Origin: Octopus bimaculoides
Lineage: Eukaryota
Direction: 5' to 3'
Assembly: GCF_001194135.2 (NCBI RefSeq)
Contig: NC_068999.1
Span: 32,058,297 to 32,093,044 of the forward strand
DNA: 34,748 bases
Shown here: positions 32,462-34,748 of the stretch, in pieces
How positions within the stretch are numbered: position 1 is the stretch's first letter
Layout of the letters: every line of letters begins with the position of its first letter
The notes under the pieces: model-generated
What the model saw: the letters and a program-made list of their open reading frames with translations, nothing else
What the model was told of the DNA's origin: nothing
The model's database searches: none
Made by a program: the position numbers and the translations under genes

Positions 32462-32832
32462 TGTGTGCCACGTAAGAAGCACCTTTCAAGCGTGATTGTT
32501 GCCTTACCGGCACATGTGCATGTGGCATGTGAAAAACAACATTTGAGTGTAGTCGTTGCCAGTGCCGCCAGACTGGCTCCTGTGCAGGTAGCACGTAAAA
32601 AATTCCTTTTGAGCGTGCTCGTTGCAAGAACTACCTGAGTGTCCCTCGTGCCGGTGGCAAGTGAAAGCACCCACTACACTCTCGGAGTGGTTAGCATTAG
32701 GAAGGGCATCCAGCTGTAGAAACTTTGCCAGATCAGATTGGAGCCTGGTGCAGCCTTCTGGCTCGCCAGTCCTCCATCAAACAGTCCAACCCATGACAGC
32801 ACGGAAAGCGGGCATTAAATGACAATGACGAT
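32462..32832 (+). mobile_element. RTE 3'-UTR copy with internal 56-66-bp subrepeats
   Basis: ttaggaagggcatccagctgtagaaac...ccaacccatgacagcacggaaagcgggcattaaatgacaatgacgatg. Confidence 0.85.
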
Positions 32833-32897
32833 GTGTATGTGTGTAAATATATATATATATAAGTATAAATGTGTGTGTGGGTGTGTGTGTGTGGATA

Positions 32898-33478
32898 NNN
32901 NNNNNNNNNNNNNNNNNNNNNNNNNNNNNNNNNNNNNNNNNNNNNNNNNNNNNNNNNNNNNNNNNNNNNNNNNNNNNNNNNNNNNNNNNNNNNNNNNNNN
33001 NNNNNNNNNNNNNNNNNNNNNNNNNNNNNNNNNNNNNNNNNNNNNNNNNNNNNNNNNNNNNNNNNNNNNNNNNNNNNNNNNNNNNNNNNNNNNNNNNNNN
33101 NNNNNNNNNNNNNNNNNNNNNNNNNNNNNNNNNNNNNNNNNNNNNNNNNNNNNNNNNNNNNNNNNNNNNNNNNNNNNNNNNNNNNNNNNNNNNNNNNNNN
33201 NNNNNNNNNNNNNNNNNNNNNNNNNNNNNNNNNNNNNNNNNNNNNNNNNNNNNNNNNNNNNNNNNNNNNNNNNNNNNNNNNNNNNNNNNNNNNNNNNNNN
33301 NNNNNNNNNNNNNNNNNNNNNNNNNNNNNNNNNNNNNNNNNNNNNNNNNNNNNNNNNNNNNNNNNNNNNNNNNNNNNNNNNNNNNNNNNNNNNNNNNNNN
33401 NNNNNNNNNNNNNNNNNNNNNNNNNNNNNNNNNNNNNNNNNNNNNNNNNNNNNNNNNNNNNNNNNNNNNNNNNNNNNN
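32898..33478. other. Assembly gap (N run)
   Basis: 581 N. Confidence 1.
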
Positions 33479-34303
33479 ATATATATATATATATATATAT
33501 AACATTGTAAAGTAAAAAAGTAAATTGCTAACATATGAAATATGTGACCTGGTTGTGCTTCTTGACAATATCAAAATAGCTGTGAGCTATCTGCACCCAC
33601 CTCTCAGTATCTCTGTATCTTCTTTAATGAGCCTCTATAATTAGGATGAAGTGGCAGTTAACTAATCAATATATTACAGCTATATATTACCTTCTCTCAC
33701 TGCCACTATTAAGGGTTTCATGCTAATTAGATTATATTGTATACTAACATAACAACTGTTTATTAACCAATTAGGCAGGTGGCTTAATTAGTAATTGACA
33801 GTAAAGAGGCGAGATAGGGTGTGTTGCTGTTAGATACATCACCTACTGAACTTAACATTTTCTTGAAATTACTTCTGAATGCTTATATACTGAAAGACAC
33901 AGTGGTGGTGGTGGTGCTGGTAGTGGTGGCGTTGGCAACTGAAGCGTTGATGATAGTGATAATGTTTTGCTGCAAACTAACATTTCCAGAGGAAACTGAG
34001 CTGGATATTTGATTGTGGAGGAGGAGGACTGATAGTGTGTGTTTTAGGAAGAGATGGAGGCAATAATATGACTACATATACTGTGAGATAGAGGAGTGTG
34101 TGTGTGCGTGTGTGTTTTTGTGTGTACATAAGCAGATGGGGAGAAGGTACAGTAGGATTTATCCATCACCTACTTGATTTGGGTTTATCTTTTTGTGGAG
34201 TCTACCCCTCTACAAATGGTGAGGCCAAGTCTTTGACTTATTCTTTGTTCTTTTATTTTTTTACTTGTTTTAGTGTGGAGTGGACATGCATGGAAAGGTG
34301 TTG

Positions 34304-34471
34304 CTATAGCAACCAGCTAGCTTCCTGTAACTCTCTTCTGTTGTTGATCTTAGGTTTCTTTTGGTGTATGAGGATAGCCTCAAAGATTCTAAGGTTGCTC
34401 CTGTTCTGCTGTGTTGCCTTGATGTGCACTGTGAAATCCTGGGTCTGGCATTTCCGTGGATGTTTCCGTAG

Positions 34472-34472
<1 letters not shown>
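34304..34472 (-). pseudogene. Penelope-like GIY-YIG endonuclease C-terminal remnant
   Basis: RKHPRKCQTQDFTV...NRSNLRIFEAILIHQKKPKINNRREL fits the PLE C-terminal pattern H...C...F.I.......L.I.E.L.I...KP.LN.R.E. Confidence 0.65.
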
Positions 34473-34505
<33 letters not shown>

Positions 34506-34611
34506 ACTTGGGGATGGTCATATTGCCAGTTTAGCCAATAAAAACACACGCACTGTATATTTGGTGTTAATTTGCTTCAGCTTTATATTACATTAATCTT
34601 AATCTTATTTC

Positions 34612-34656
34612 GGCCAGAGTTCTTTCGTCACACTTTTGTGACCTCATCAGTGGTCC
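34612..34656 (-). ncRNA. Candidate minimal type I hammerhead ribozyme (Penelope pLTR-like context)
   Basis: Minus strand GGACCA-CTGATGA-G-GTCACA(AAAG)TGTGAC-GAAA-G(AA)C-TC|TGGCC. One extra core G, a 2-bp stem III and a bulged stem I. Confidence 0.55.
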
Positions 34657-34706
34657 TTTGTTTCCTTCTTTCTTATGTGTGTCTCACCTTGCTAACTATC
34701 AGCCAT

Positions 34707-34711
<5 letters not shown>

Positions 34712-34743
<32 letters not shown>
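34712..34743. repeat. (AT)n microsatellite
   Basis: Direct observation. Confidence 0.95.
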
Positions 34744-34745
<2 letters not shown>

Positions 34746-34748
34746 AAA

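Noticed and set aside
34151-34174. Hairpin AGTAGG...CCTACT downstream of the GIY-YIG remnant
   Set aside because: It could be a collapsed ribozyme, but the catalytic boxes are absent.

Overview
AT-rich, microsatellite-dense animal genomic DNA with three N gaps. The repeat families look like those of Octopus (recognised from memory, not by search). No intact protein-coding gene is evident, and most ORF-track entries are microsatellite or gap artefacts. The window is mostly decayed mobile DNA: two abundant tRNA-derived SINE families (called A and C here), 5'-truncated RTE LINEs, a CR1-like remnant, two mariner derivatives and Penelope-like fragments. A chain of phase-compatible exon candidates at 623-8358 may belong to an unidentified host gene. 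The most striking locus is 17139-19559. It is a tandem dimer of a ~360-bp repeat in which each unit carries a minimal type I hammerhead ribozyme; the copy at 19360-19410 has an intact catalytic core. The second unit is interrupted, 7 nt upstream of its ribozyme, by a 1.73-kb ORF1/Gag-only retro-element flanked by a 13-bp target-site duplication. That element also shares its 3' tail with SINE family C. A third, weaker hammerhead candidate lies on the minus strand at 34612-34656, and an RTE fragment carries a PHD-like zinc finger inside its reverse transcriptase.
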